This document shows, piece after piece, positions 29,434 to 38,091 of a stretch of DNA of 64,000 nt. A program made the position numbers and the translations under genes. The notes beneath the pieces were generated by a model. The model saw only the letters and a program-made list of their open reading frames with translations. It ran no database searches and was not told the DNA's origin. This DNA is from Hyphomonadaceae bacterium (lineage in GTDB: Bacteria > Pseudomonadota > Alphaproteobacteria > Caulobacterales > Hyphomonadaceae), in the NCBI GenBank assembly GCA_036795465.1, contig DAIRES010000002.1, positions 1,362 to 65,361 of the forward strand, written 5' to 3'. Each line of letters begins with the position of its first letter. Position 1 is the first letter of the stretch.

Positions 29434-29879
29434 TCCGCGCGCTCACCATCGCCTTCGCACTCATTGCATCTGCCTGCGCCGCCACGGCCGGCGGCTACAC
29501 GCAGGGCGATCTCGCGAAGCTGTCCTTCCTCGAAGGCCGCTGGCAGGGCATCGGCCCCGACGGCGCGCCCTTCTACGAGCAGTATGACTTTCCCTCGCCC
29601 GAAAAATTCCGCTCGCAACGCTTTGACGCCGCCTTCACCACCGTCAGCGACACAAGCACGTTGACGCTTGAGGAAGGTGACATCTATTCCCGTTGGGGCG
29701 AGTACAGCTGGAAAGCCACCGACATCGCCGACGGCTACATCGCCTTCGCTCCGGTCAATGCGCCCAGCGCCTTCCACTGGAAGAAGCTCGACGCCAGCAC
29801 CGTTGAAGTCGTTCAGAAATTCACCGGCGAAGACGGCAAGCCGCAGACCTATGCGGTCCTGCTGAAGCGCGTCACCTGA
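29430..29879 (+). CDS. secreted hypothetical protein
   Basis: 149 aa. Signal peptide MIRALTIAFALIASACAATAGG. The start overlaps the pyk stop (ATGA). No recognisable motif. Confidence 0.6.
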   Translation: MIRALTIAFALIASACAATAGGYTQGDLAKLSFLEGRWQGIGPDGAPFYEQYDFPSPEKFRSQRFDAAFTTVSDTSTLTLEEGDIYSRWGEYSWKATDIADGYIAFAPVNAPSAFHWKKLDASTVEVVQKFTGEDGKPQTYAVLLKRVT

Positions 29880-29896
29880 TTGTTCGACAGCGTACA

Positions 29897-29914
29897 CTGT
29901 GCGGTAGCGCACAG
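29897..29914. promoter_or_regulatory. CRP-like palindrome upstream of the Crp-family gene
   Basis: CTGTGCG-gtag-CGCACAG, that is TGTGC-N6-GCACA (E. coli CRP consensus is TGTGA-N6-TCACA). It is bracketed by direct repeats TGTTCGACAGCG (29881-29892) and TGTTCGATAGCG (29919-29930), about 135 nt upstream of ATG 30048. Confidence 0.3.
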
Positions 29915-30047
29915 ACTCTGTTCGATAGCGAACATAATATTTGGAGCTATCCTCAATCTGAAGCATTATCGCTCCATCGGCCGCCACGCGTTGGCTCACG
30001 GCCGGCTGAGAGATGTTCGAGCTCCCGCCTTTTCGCGCAGGAGCTTC

Positions 30048-30797
30048 ATGCCCGCCCTCGAACAAGAGAACGTCCGAAATCGCCTGCTCCGTCTGCTGCC
30101 CGCAGCTGAGTTTAACGTGATCGCGCCTCATCTCACGCCGGTTGAGCTTGAGATGGGACAGACCCTTCACCGTGCAGGCGACCCCATCGAGCATGTCTAT
30201 TTCGTCGAGACGGGCTTCATCTCGGCGCTCGCCGTCCTGTCGGACGGGCACCCGCTCGAAGTCGGCCTGATCGGCTCCGAGGGAGTTGATGGTGTTTCAA
30301 TCGCGCTGGGCGCCCATACCTCCTTCGCCGAGACGATGTGCCAGACCGGCGGCCGCGCTCTGCGCATGCCGGCCTCAGCCTTCAAGCCTGCTGCAGACAT
30401 CGTCCCCCATTTCCGTGACCTGCTTCTGCTTTACGCCCACCTCTTCCAGATCCAGGTTGCGCAGACAGCCGCTTGCAACGCTCATCACGAACTCGGCCAG
30501 CGCCTGGCACGCTGGCTGCTCGGCGCGCACGACCGAAGCGGCGTCGCTGAACTGTCACTGACCCAGGATCTGATCGCCGTGATGCTCGGCGTGCGGCGCT
30601 CAACCGTCAGCGTGGCCGCCGGCACGCTGCAGAAAGCTGGCGTAATCCGCTATCAGCATGGCCGGATCACCATCGTCGATCGCGTCGGCCTCGAGAATGC
30701 CGCCTGCGAATGCTGCGAGGCCGTCGCCGGAGAATATCGTCGCCTGTTTGGGGAAGAGCAGGTCAGATCAAGCTCGGAATCACCATCAGCTGGCTGA
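30048..30797 (+). CDS. Crp/Fnr-family transcriptional regulator
   Basis: I chose ATG 30048. cNMP-binding-like N-terminus (LHRAGDPIEHVYFVETGFIS) and C-terminal HTH (LTQDLIAVMLGVRRSTVSVAAGTLQKAGVIRYQHGRITI). Confidence 0.8.
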   Translation: MPALEQENVRNRLLRLLPAAEFNVIAPHLTPVELEMGQTLHRAGDPIEHVYFVETGFISALAVLSDGHPLEVGLIGSEGVDGVSIALGAHTSFAETMCQTGGRALRMPASAFKPAADIVPHFRDLLLLYAHLFQIQVAQTAACNAHHELGQRLARWLLGAHDRSGVAELSLTQDLIAVMLGVRRSTVSVAAGTLQKAGVIRYQHGRITIVDRVGLENAACECCEAVAGEYRRLFGEEQVRSSSESPSAG

Positions 30798-30903
30798 AAA
30801 TCAGCAGGCGCTGCCGTATGCGCAGGCTGTGCGACATCATCGAAGACCCAAGAGTCGGTTGGTGCACCGACTTCCTTAATAGGCGCCCCTAGCTTCAATC
30901 CCG

Positions 30904-31689
30904 GTGACGGCGGTGGAGCAAAAAATGAAAATGGATCGGGAAGCCGCAGTCGAAGCTTGGCGGGGGAGCGCACAGGTGGTGGTCAGGAAATTCGACTCAC
31001 GAAACGAGACACGGCTGCTCAGGCAGCGCCTTCGACGCAGCGAGCGGGAAGCATCACGCTGCCAGACGCTCCTTCATGAGGGCGATCACCGCATCAAGAA
31101 CAGCCTGCAGATCGTCGCCAGCCTGATGAGAGTGCAGGCCAGCCGCGAAGAGACCGCCGCCGCAGCAGACGCCCTCAACGCGGCCGCAACGCGGGTCCTC
31201 TCGATCGCCCAGATCCACGACGCGCTTCAAGAAAGCGGCGGCAAGGATGTGATCGACCTGGGCTCCGCCCTGCTCGCGATGTGCCGGTCGCTCCACGTTA
31301 TGGCCGGCGGGCCCAGATCAGTTGCCCTGGTCGTCAATGTCGAACAGATTCAGGCGCCCGTGGCACTGGCGCAGCCTCTGCTACTCGCGGTCAATGAACT
31401 CGTGGTCAACGCCCTGCGTCACGCCTTTCCGGACAGCCGCCCGGGCGCAATCGAGGTCAAGGCGAACATCATCGACGACAAGCTCGTGGTGATCGTCGCT
31501 GATAACGGCGTGGGAATGCCGATCAGCCAGAGCGAACCAAGCGGCTTCGGATCAAAGCTCATCAACATGATGACCGCCAAGATCGACGCAACTCTCGCCA
31601 TAGATACGGTCCATGGCGTCCGTTTCACGATCACAGCGCCCGCCCCCAAAATACTGGCGGACATCGATCAGGAAGCAGACGCGATCTAG
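30904..31689 (+). CDS. soluble HWE/HisKA_2-type sensor histidine kinase
   Basis: H-box EGDHRIKNSLQIVASLMRVQ, N-box LAVNELVVNALRHAF, G-boxes DNGVGMP and GFGSKLI. No TM segment and no obvious sensor domain. Start (GTG 30904 or ATG 30925) uncertain. Confidence 0.8.
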   Translation: MTAVEQKMKMDREAAVEAWRGSAQVVVRKFDSRNETRLLRQRLRRSEREASRCQTLLHEGDHRIKNSLQIVASLMRVQASREETAAAADALNAAATRVLSIAQIHDALQESGGKDVIDLGSALLAMCRSLHVMAGGPRSVALVVNVEQIQAPVALAQPLLLAVNELVVNALRHAFPDSRPGAIEVKANIIDDKLVVIVADNGVGMPISQSEPSGFGSKLINMMTAKIDATLAIDTVHGVRFTITAPAPKILADIDQEADAI

Positions 31690-32562
31690 CTATTCGAAGT
31701 CCGGTTCCTTCGAAAAAAGTTCGGCGGGGAAATCGTGGGCCACGCCGTTCGGGAATTTTGCGTCGCGCTTCTGCATGAAGCTCTCGATGCCCTCCTTCAC
31801 GTCGGCCGACTGGCCGCGGGATTGAAGCGCGCGGCTGTCGATCTTGTGCGCCTCCATCGGATGTTCGGCGCCCATCATGCGCCAGATCATCTGCCGCGAA
31901 ACCGCGATCGAGACCTGCGAGGACTTCTCGGTCACGCGATGCGCCAGCTCCATCGCCGCCGGCAGCAGCGCATCGGGCTCATGCAGCGACTGGACGAAGC
32001 CGGTGGCCTTCGCTTCAACCGCATCGAACACACGGCCCGAATAGACCCAGTCGAGCGCGGTCGGCACGCCGACGAGACGCGGAAGGAACCAGCTGGAGCA
32101 AGCCTCCGGCGTGATGCCCCGGCGAGAGAACACGAAGCCGAACTTCGCAGTCGTCGATGCCATACGGAAATCCATCGGCAACTGCATCGTCGCGCCAACG
32201 CCCACCGCCGCGCCGTTCACCGCCGCGATCACCGGCTTGAGGCTGCGGTAGATGCGCAGAACCACGCGTCCGCCGCCGTCGCGCCGGATGCCGTTATGGA
32301 TGATCTCGTCGCCCGCAGCGCGCTTGGCATAGTTGAACGTGTCCCCGCCCGCGACGCCAAGCTCGGCCCCGGCGCAGAACGCCCGGCCCGATCCCGTGAT
32401 CACAACGGCGCGGATCGCATCGTCCGCATCCGTGATGTCGAACAGCTGGATCATCTCGCGCATCACCACCGGGGTGAACGTGTTCATCTTGTCCGGCCGG
32501 TTGAACGTCGCGACGGCGACGCCGTCGGTGACTTTGAGATCGAACATCGTGAAATCGGTCAT
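31690..32562 (-). CDS. enoyl-CoA hydratase/isomerase (crotonase) family protein
   Basis: MTDFTMFDLKVTDGVAVATFNRPDKMN.., oxyanion-hole region ITGSGRAFCAGAEL. The start could be 32586 or 32562. Confidence 0.85.
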   Translation of the reverse strand: MTDFTMFDLKVTDGVAVATFNRPDKMNTFTPVVMREMIQLFDITDADDAIRAVVITGSGRAFCAGAELGVAGGDTFNYAKRAAGDEIIHNGIRRDGGGRVVLRIYRSLKPVIAAVNGAAVGVGATMQLPMDFRMASTTAKFGFVFSRRGITPEACSSWFLPRLVGVPTALDWVYSGRVFDAVEAKATGFVQSLHEPDALLPAAMELAHRVTEKSSQVSIAVSRQMIWRMMGAEHPMEAHKIDSRALQSRGQSADVKEGIESFMQKRDAKFPNGVAHDFPAELFSKEPDFE

Positions 32563-32673
32563 GTGCGGTCCGTCGCGCTGGAGCAAAAAGAAAGAAAGTC
32601 AGCCGATGCTTTATCGGCTAGGCGTAGCCATCTGCACCGGAAGGTTTGCAGCGGCAATCTGGAGAGGGATCAC

Positions 32674-33339
32674 GTGCAAGGCAAGCGCGCCGTCGCAACG
32701 CTGGAGGACGCGAAGTCTTTTATCCGCGCCAACACCCGCGTGGCGCAGATCCACGCCCTGCCCATCCGTCTCTACCAGGCCGACGAACTGACCCCGATCT
32801 GGGAGGCGACGGAAAAGGATCTCGCCGCCGCCAATGTCGATCCGCCCTTCTGGGCCTTTCCATGGGCCGGGGGCCAGGCGCTGGCCCGCTATCTCACCGA
32901 TCATCCCGACGCAGTACGCGGCAAACGCGTGCTCGACCTCGCGGCGGGCTCAGGCCTTGTCGGCGTCGCGGCGGCGCTGGCTGGCGCCGCCGAAGTCACC
33001 GCCAACGACATCGACCCGATGTGCGAAGCAGCCGTGGCGCTCAACGCCGAACTGAACGGCGTTTCGATCCGCTATATCGCCGGCAGCATTCTCGATGCGC
33101 CGCCGCCCGATTTCGACATCGTCGTCGCCGCTGACGTCTTCTACGAGCAACGCCCCGCGCAGATGTTCCGCGCCTTCCTCGAACGCTGCCATGCCGCCGG
33201 CGTCACGATCTATGCGGGCGATCCCGGCCGCACCTATTTCCCGCGCGATGCTTTCCGGCAAGCGGCGGAATATTCGGTGCAGACCACCACCGAGATCGAG
33301 AACCACCCGATCCAGACCGCGCGCGTGTGGACGCTTTAG
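32674..33339 (+). CDS. class I SAM-dependent methyltransferase, ETF-beta lysine methyltransferase (METTL20)-like
   Basis: GTG 32674 is preceded by GGAGAGGG. FWAFPWAGGQALARYL, motif I VLDLAAGSGLVGVAAALAGA, EVTANDID, DIVVAADVFYE. The upstream part of the track ORF is antisense to the crotonase gene. Confidence 0.75.
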   Translation: MQGKRAVATLEDAKSFIRANTRVAQIHALPIRLYQADELTPIWEATEKDLAAANVDPPFWAFPWAGGQALARYLTDHPDAVRGKRVLDLAAGSGLVGVAAALAGAAEVTANDIDPMCEAAVALNAELNGVSIRYIAGSILDAPPPDFDIVVAADVFYEQRPAQMFRAFLERCHAAGVTIYAGDPGRTYFPRDAFRQAAEYSVQTTTEIENHPIQTARVWTL

Positions 33340-33635
33340 GTTTTTGGCACGAAGCCCTTCGCCAGCACCACTGTCGTTTCGGCGCCGTCGAACCTGTCTT
33401 GGACGATCCCGAGATATTCCGGCGACGCCCAGAAACGCTGTGCCTCGGCCTCATCGGGAAAGCTCAGAATCACCAGCTTGTCGCGTGGCCAGTCGCCCTC
33501 GAGAACTTTCACCTCCTCGTCGGCGACAATCGCCTTCGCATCGAACTCCCGGAACACCGCCGGGAAGTTCGCCTGATAGCGCCGATAGGCTTCGACATTA
33601 GTGAACTTGAGCTGGGCAACCAGATAGACCGTCAT
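33336..33635 (-). CDS. DUF1330 domain protein
   Basis: 99 aa. VYLVAQLKFTNVEAYRRYQ..F......VLEGDW..DKLVILSFPDEAEAQRFWASPEY is typical DUF1330. Confidence 0.8.
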   Translation of the reverse strand: MTVYLVAQLKFTNVEAYRRYQANFPAVFREFDAKAIVADEEVKVLEGDWPRDKLVILSFPDEAEAQRFWASPEYLGIVQDRFDGAETTVVLAKGFVPKT

Positions 33636-33644
33636 CGTATTCTC

Positions 33645-34430
33645 CTACGCCAGCACGAAGCGAACGCCGACGAGATCGACGAAATTCTCACCGCGATTGA
33701 CGCCCACCTTGTCGGCCGCTGCGAGAACACGCGCTTTGTCCTTGCACTTCAGATGCACCGCCCGCAGGCCTTCGCCGCGATCATCTTGCAGCGGCCCGAA
33801 CCGCACGAAGGCCTGATCGAATTTGATCTCCAGCGCATCGCCCTCGCTGGCCTTGCCCACCGGCAGCTCCAGCAATTCGCTCCAGCGCGCAGCAAGCGCC
33901 TCCGGATCAGTCGACTGGATGCCGGCGCCGACAATGGCCGTGATCGCCGGCGAGCGATCATGCTTCTGCCAGTCCGGCCCGGCCCATTTGTAGGAGCCGC
34001 CCATATTCTCGCCGTCCGGTGAGTGACGATCCACCGACAGCAGGCAACCGCCCGTATCGCGCGGATGCAGGTGCAGCGCCTCGCCCGTCAGCGCGCCTTC
34101 GCTCGACTTCAGATCCTCGACCAGCCGCACACCATGCTTCAGGAAATGCTCGCGGCGGCGTTCAAGGTCATCGCAATCGACGATGTACATGTAGCCGCCA
34201 TCGCCCTTGCGCCGCTCGATATAGCGGCCGGCGGCGGTGTTGGGCTGCGTTGGCGCGACGATTTCGAGGAACGTCCCGCCCATCGCGAAGAGCGCATTGT
34301 GCAGGCCGTACTTGCCGACGCCCGGATCACGGAAACAGATTTCGAGGCCAAGCACATCCGCGATCTGCTTCTCGGTCGTGGCAAGATCGCTTGCCACCAG
34401 GGCGATCTGTCTCAGACGAAAATATCCCAC
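33645..34430 (-). CDS. VOC (glyoxalase/bleomycin-resistance/dioxygenase) family protein
   Basis: 261 aa. LRQIALVASDLATTEKQIADVLGLE..NALFAMGGTFLEIVAP and a second VOC-like half. Confidence 0.7.
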   Translation of the reverse strand: MGYFRLRQIALVASDLATTEKQIADVLGLEICFRDPGVGKYGLHNALFAMGGTFLEIVAPTQPNTAAGRYIERRKGDGGYMYIVDCDDLERRREHFLKHGVRLVEDLKSSEGALTGEALHLHPRDTGGCLLSVDRHSPDGENMGGSYKWAGPDWQKHDRSPAITAIVGAGIQSTDPEALAARWSELLELPVGKASEGDALEIKFDQAFVRFGPLQDDRGEGLRAVHLKCKDKARVLAAADKVGVNRGENFVDLVGVRFVLA

Positions 34431-34460
34431 CGCGCGCTCCCTCAGTCTTGTTGTGGCGCC

Positions 34461-35375
34461 TTATCTGTTCTGCACCCGTCCCTCGATCATATGCCGCAGA
34501 GCGGCCGTGCGCGAAGCGATGAAATCGTTGAAGGCGCGGACATGGGGAAGATTCCGCATTTCCTCGCGCGTGATCAGCGTGAGGTCATAGTCGGCCTCGT
34601 CGAACAGGAAGCAGAGCTGCAACTCCGGATCGAGTTCGCCGAGCATGCATGGAATGCCGCCCACGCCGAGACCGGAGCGTATGGCCCCGGCGATGTTGAG
34701 GATGGAAGACGAGGCCTGCCGGATGACCGCGCCCGCCGCCTTGGCCTCCTGCAAAAAGGCGGGGTCGAACCGCGCGAGTTCCCCAGCGCCTGCGATGATC
34801 GGATGTTTCGCCAATTCCTGCGCGTTGGAGGGAGATCCCTGCTCAGCCGCGTATTTCTTCGAGGCATAGACGCCCCACTTGCCCGTCGCCAGCCGCCGCA
34901 CAGTGACGCCATCGCCCAAGGCCGGACCTTTCGACGTGTTCGCCCTCAGCGCGATGTCCGCTTCGCCACGCGAGATATCGAGACGTCGATCCGTGATGAT
35001 CGTCTCGACCTGAACCACCGGAAAGCGCTGGGTGAATTCCCGCAGCCACGGCGTCAGCAGACAGTCGGCCAGCACGTCGTTGGTGGTAACCCGGATCATG
35101 CCGAGCAGCTTCCGGCTCCGCTGGGCGACCATCCGGGCGAAGGCTTCGGCTTCGGCCTCTACCCGTTCGGCGTTCTGCACCATCGCAGAACCGACCTCGG
35201 TCAGGCGATAGCCGCCTGCGGTTTTATCGAACAGCTTCTCGCCGATCGCCTCCTCGAGCGCCGCAACCCTGCGCGCCACGGTCGTCTGGTTAACGCCGAG
35301 AATCTTGGCTGCAGACAAGGTGCTACCGCTCCTTGCCACCGCCAGAAAGTGCCTGAGGTCGCTCCATTCGAACAT
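34461..35375 (-). CDS. LysR-family transcriptional regulator
   Basis: MFEWSDLRHFLAVARSGSTLSAAKILGVNQTTVARRVAALEEAIG HTH plus a LysR substrate-binding domain. Confidence 0.9.
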   Translation of the reverse strand: MFEWSDLRHFLAVARSGSTLSAAKILGVNQTTVARRVAALEEAIGEKLFDKTAGGYRLTEVGSAMVQNAERVEAEAEAFARMVAQRSRKLLGMIRVTTNDVLADCLLTPWLREFTQRFPVVQVETIITDRRLDISRGEADIALRANTSKGPALGDGVTVRRLATGKWGVYASKKYAAEQGSPSNAQELAKHPIIAGAGELARFDPAFLQEAKAAGAVIRQASSSILNIAGAIRSGLGVGGIPCMLGELDPELQLCFLFDEADYDLTLITREEMRNLPHVRAFNDFIASRTAALRHMIEGRVQNR

Positions 35376-35536
35376 GCTGCGTTATGCATAAATGCAGATC
35401 GATCTGCAATACTTCGGATTGTGGGGGTGTGCGACAAGCCGTACCTGAATGTCACGGACCAGATGTCGAAAGACACAACCGAAGCAGAAGACTACTCAAG
35501 AAGACGACGCCAAATCGTACGAGAAACTCCCCTCCG

Positions 35537-36265
35537 ATGACTCCCCCGGCCCCTTCCAGGAACATCTCCCCCCCTCCTCCTTGGAAGGCGCCGGGTGTCC
35601 TTCGTCTGCATTACGATCCTGCATCGACGACCTGTCGCCCGATCATCCTGTTCGCATCCGAAAACAGCATCCCGCTGGATTACCAGCTCAATGACCTGTT
35701 CTCGGACGAGAACCGCACGGAATGGTTCACGCGGCTGAACCCGAACCAGGCCGTTCCCGTGCTCGAGCATGACGGCTTCGTGCTGACAGAAAGCTCGGCG
35801 ATCCTCAAATATCTCGCGGACCTCACCGGCTCGCCCGCTTACCCGAAAGAGCTGAAAGCCCGGGCGCGCGTGAACGAGGTGATGGATTTCTTCAACACCT
35901 ACCTGATGCGCGACTATGTCTATGGCCTGGTGTATTCGCGCGTGCTTGCGCACTACCGCCTGCCGGGACCTGCGCAGCAGCAGTTCATCGCACTCCACGA
36001 ACCGCGCGCCGCGAAGCGGCTGAAAGCGCTGGATACTTGGATCGGCGCGAAAACCTTCATCTGCGGAAATGAGATCACCATCGCCGACTATCTCGGCTCT
36101 GGCGTTGTCTCTGCCGGTGAACTGGTCGGCTACGACCTTCGTCCGTTCGCCAACGTCACCCGCTGGATGAACACGATGAAGTCTCTGCTGACCTGGGACG
36201 AGGTGCATGCTGGCTTCTACGGCTGGCGCAGCGCGATCGAAGCACAGAACAAGGCATCAGCCTGA
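35537..36265 (+). CDS. glutathione S-transferase family protein
   Basis: First in-frame ATG is 35537. GST N-domain (NPNQAVPVLEHDGFVLTESSAILKYL) and C-domain (ITIADYL..). Divergent from the LysR gene. Confidence 0.8.
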   Translation: MTPPAPSRNISPPPPWKAPGVLRLHYDPASTTCRPIILFASENSIPLDYQLNDLFSDENRTEWFTRLNPNQAVPVLEHDGFVLTESSAILKYLADLTGSPAYPKELKARARVNEVMDFFNTYLMRDYVYGLVYSRVLAHYRLPGPAQQQFIALHEPRAAKRLKALDTWIGAKTFICGNEITIADYLGSGVVSAGELVGYDLRPFANVTRWMNTMKSLLTWDEVHAGFYGWRSAIEAQNKASA

Positions 36266-36425
36266 CGGCAAAGAAGACCACTGAGGAAACAAGAATGAAA
36301 ATACGAGTTCAGAACCACTGAGCCTACCCTGACCGGCCTCCCAGAAAAAACGCCGGCAAATACTGAAACGAGCAAAAAGCCAAACCAACAAGAGACCGGC
36401 GGTCACGCCGGCAAAGGAAGCAATC

Positions 36426-36986
36426 ATGTCTGCACACAGGACCAACATCTACGCCCACACCGCCTTCATCGTGATCGCGGGTCTGCTCTCGCTGCAGGGT
36501 TGCAGCAAACCGGCGGCAGCCTCGCCAACCGCAGCTGAAGCAGCTATCGGCGCCGAGCACATCGCCGCCGCATCGCCCGTCGAAGCCGGCCGTTATCTTG
36601 TGAAGATCGGCGGCTGCAATGACTGCCATACGCCGGGCTTCGCCATGACGAACGGCGCATCGCCTGGGGAGGCCGAATGGCTGACGGGCGATTCTGTTGG
36701 CTTCTCCGGCCCCTGGGGCGTCAGCTATCCGTCCAACCTGCGCCTGTCGTTCAGCAACATGGACGAGCAGCAGTTCATAGAGCTGGCGCGCGCGGGACAA
36801 GGCCGTCCGCCAATGCCGTGGCCCAGCCTGAAGGCGATGAGCGACAAGGATCTGAAGGCGATCTACGCCTATATCCAGTCGCTTGGCCCCAAGGGCGAAC
36901 CCGCCCCGGCCGCACTGTCGCCGGGCGTTGCGCCTGATCGCCCGCATATTCCGTTCATTCCGCAGATGCCGGTCCAGAAAAGCTAG
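36426..36986 (+). CDS. c-type cytochrome lipoprotein
   Basis: Lipobox LLSLQGC. Single heme site GGCNDCHTPG. PMPWPSLKAMSDKDLKAIYAYIQSL. Confidence 0.75.
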   Translation: MSAHRTNIYAHTAFIVIAGLLSLQGCSKPAAASPTAAEAAIGAEHIAAASPVEAGRYLVKIGGCNDCHTPGFAMTNGASPGEAEWLTGDSVGFSGPWGVSYPSNLRLSFSNMDEQQFIELARAGQGRPPMPWPSLKAMSDKDLKAIYAYIQSLGPKGEPAPAALSPGVAPDRPHIPFIPQMPVQKS

Positions 36987-37122
36987 CGACCGAAATCCTC
37001 CCCCGGCGACACGGAGAAACTCCGGCGCTGAAAACAAGAAGAGAAGAAAGAATCTTCCGATGACTATGGAAAAAATGCCGATGCCGTCGACCCAAGCGGT
37101 TGAAAAGGCCAGCAGCCACAAG

Positions 37123-37965
37123 ATGCGTTTCCTGTATCCGCTTGCCGCCGTTTGCCTCGCCGCCGTGTTCCTGTCTCCCAGCTCGGGCGAAGCCCAGACG
37201 GGTGGCGCTGCCAAGCTGCGCCCGGATCAGGAGCGCGCGATTGAGGCGATGCTGAAGGATGTCGAGCCGTCGATGCGCCCCATGGCGCGTCAGCAACTGG
37301 CATCCAGCTTCGCCAATTTCAGCGAAGCGCAGATCGCCATGATGATGTCGAAGATGGCAGAGAACAACACCGTCAAGGCGAACACGCCTGCACCCGTTGT
37401 CGAAGTCGAGCAGCCATCCACCCCCGAGGACATCGCCTTCATGAAGGCGCAGTACGAGCCGGTGATCCGCAAGCACCACGGCGTGCAGAAGGATTTCGAC
37501 GCGTTCGTGAACGCCAAGCTTCCGGCCTACTGTCCCGGGCGCGACACCTACGCCCGCTTCGGCTCCGCGTGGCGGTACGAGCAGGGACAGTTCATGATGG
37601 ATTCGGCTCTGGCGACCTGGAATGTCGAAACCAACGTGACCGTCGCTGGCGAGGCCTATGCACCGCAGAGCGGACGCTACAAATTCGACTTCTCGAAAGT
37701 GCGCATGACATTCGACAAGCCGAAGATCGACGCCGCGATCAAGACTGCCTGCGACAAGGTTCATGTCGCCGGGAAAGCATTTCTCGCAAAGGTCGATCCG
37801 CTGATCGCGGCCAAGAACTGGGACGCGGCGTTCAAGGCGGAACAGTCGGCGATGGCGGCGCTTGAGCCGATCCGCAAGGAATTGCAGGCCGCCTATGACC
37901 GCCTCGGACCGGGCGATTTCACGGAGATCCAACTGGCGATGATGAATGGCGTGAAGGTGAAATAG
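37123..37965 (+). CDS. secreted hypothetical protein
   Basis: The signal peptide MRFLYPLAAVCLAAVFLSPSSGEAQ begins at ATG 37123 (alternative ATG 37060). No recognisable motif. Followed by a strong terminator. Confidence 0.6.
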   Translation: MRFLYPLAAVCLAAVFLSPSSGEAQTGGAAKLRPDQERAIEAMLKDVEPSMRPMARQQLASSFANFSEAQIAMMMSKMAENNTVKANTPAPVVEVEQPSTPEDIAFMKAQYEPVIRKHHGVQKDFDAFVNAKLPAYCPGRDTYARFGSAWRYEQGQFMMDSALATWNVETNVTVAGEAYAPQSGRYKFDFSKVRMTFDKPKIDAAIKTACDKVHVAGKAFLAKVDPLIAAKNWDAAFKAEQSAMAALEPIRKELQAAYDRLGPGDFTEIQLAMMNGVKVK

Positions 37966-38052
37966 CACGCCGCAAACCGGACAAGGGTGGTCGCTCAATC
38001 CCCCCGGAGCTCAAAGCCGCACCGAGAAGGCGGCGGACCGCCCCACCCTGCA

Positions 38053-38091
38053 GCGCAGGCCGTCTTGCCCGACGGCCTGCGCTTTTCTTTT
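38053..38091 (+). terminator. intrinsic terminator
   Basis: GCGCAGGCCGTC-ttgccc-GACGGCCTGCGC followed by TTTTCTTTT. It abuts the priA stop codon. Confidence 0.8.

Noticed and set aside
29880-30047. TTG-initiated 56-codon N-terminal extension of the Crp-family ORF
   Set aside because: The extension covers the AT-rich, palindrome- and repeat-containing leader and has poor codon bias. The Crp-like domain begins right after ATG 30048.
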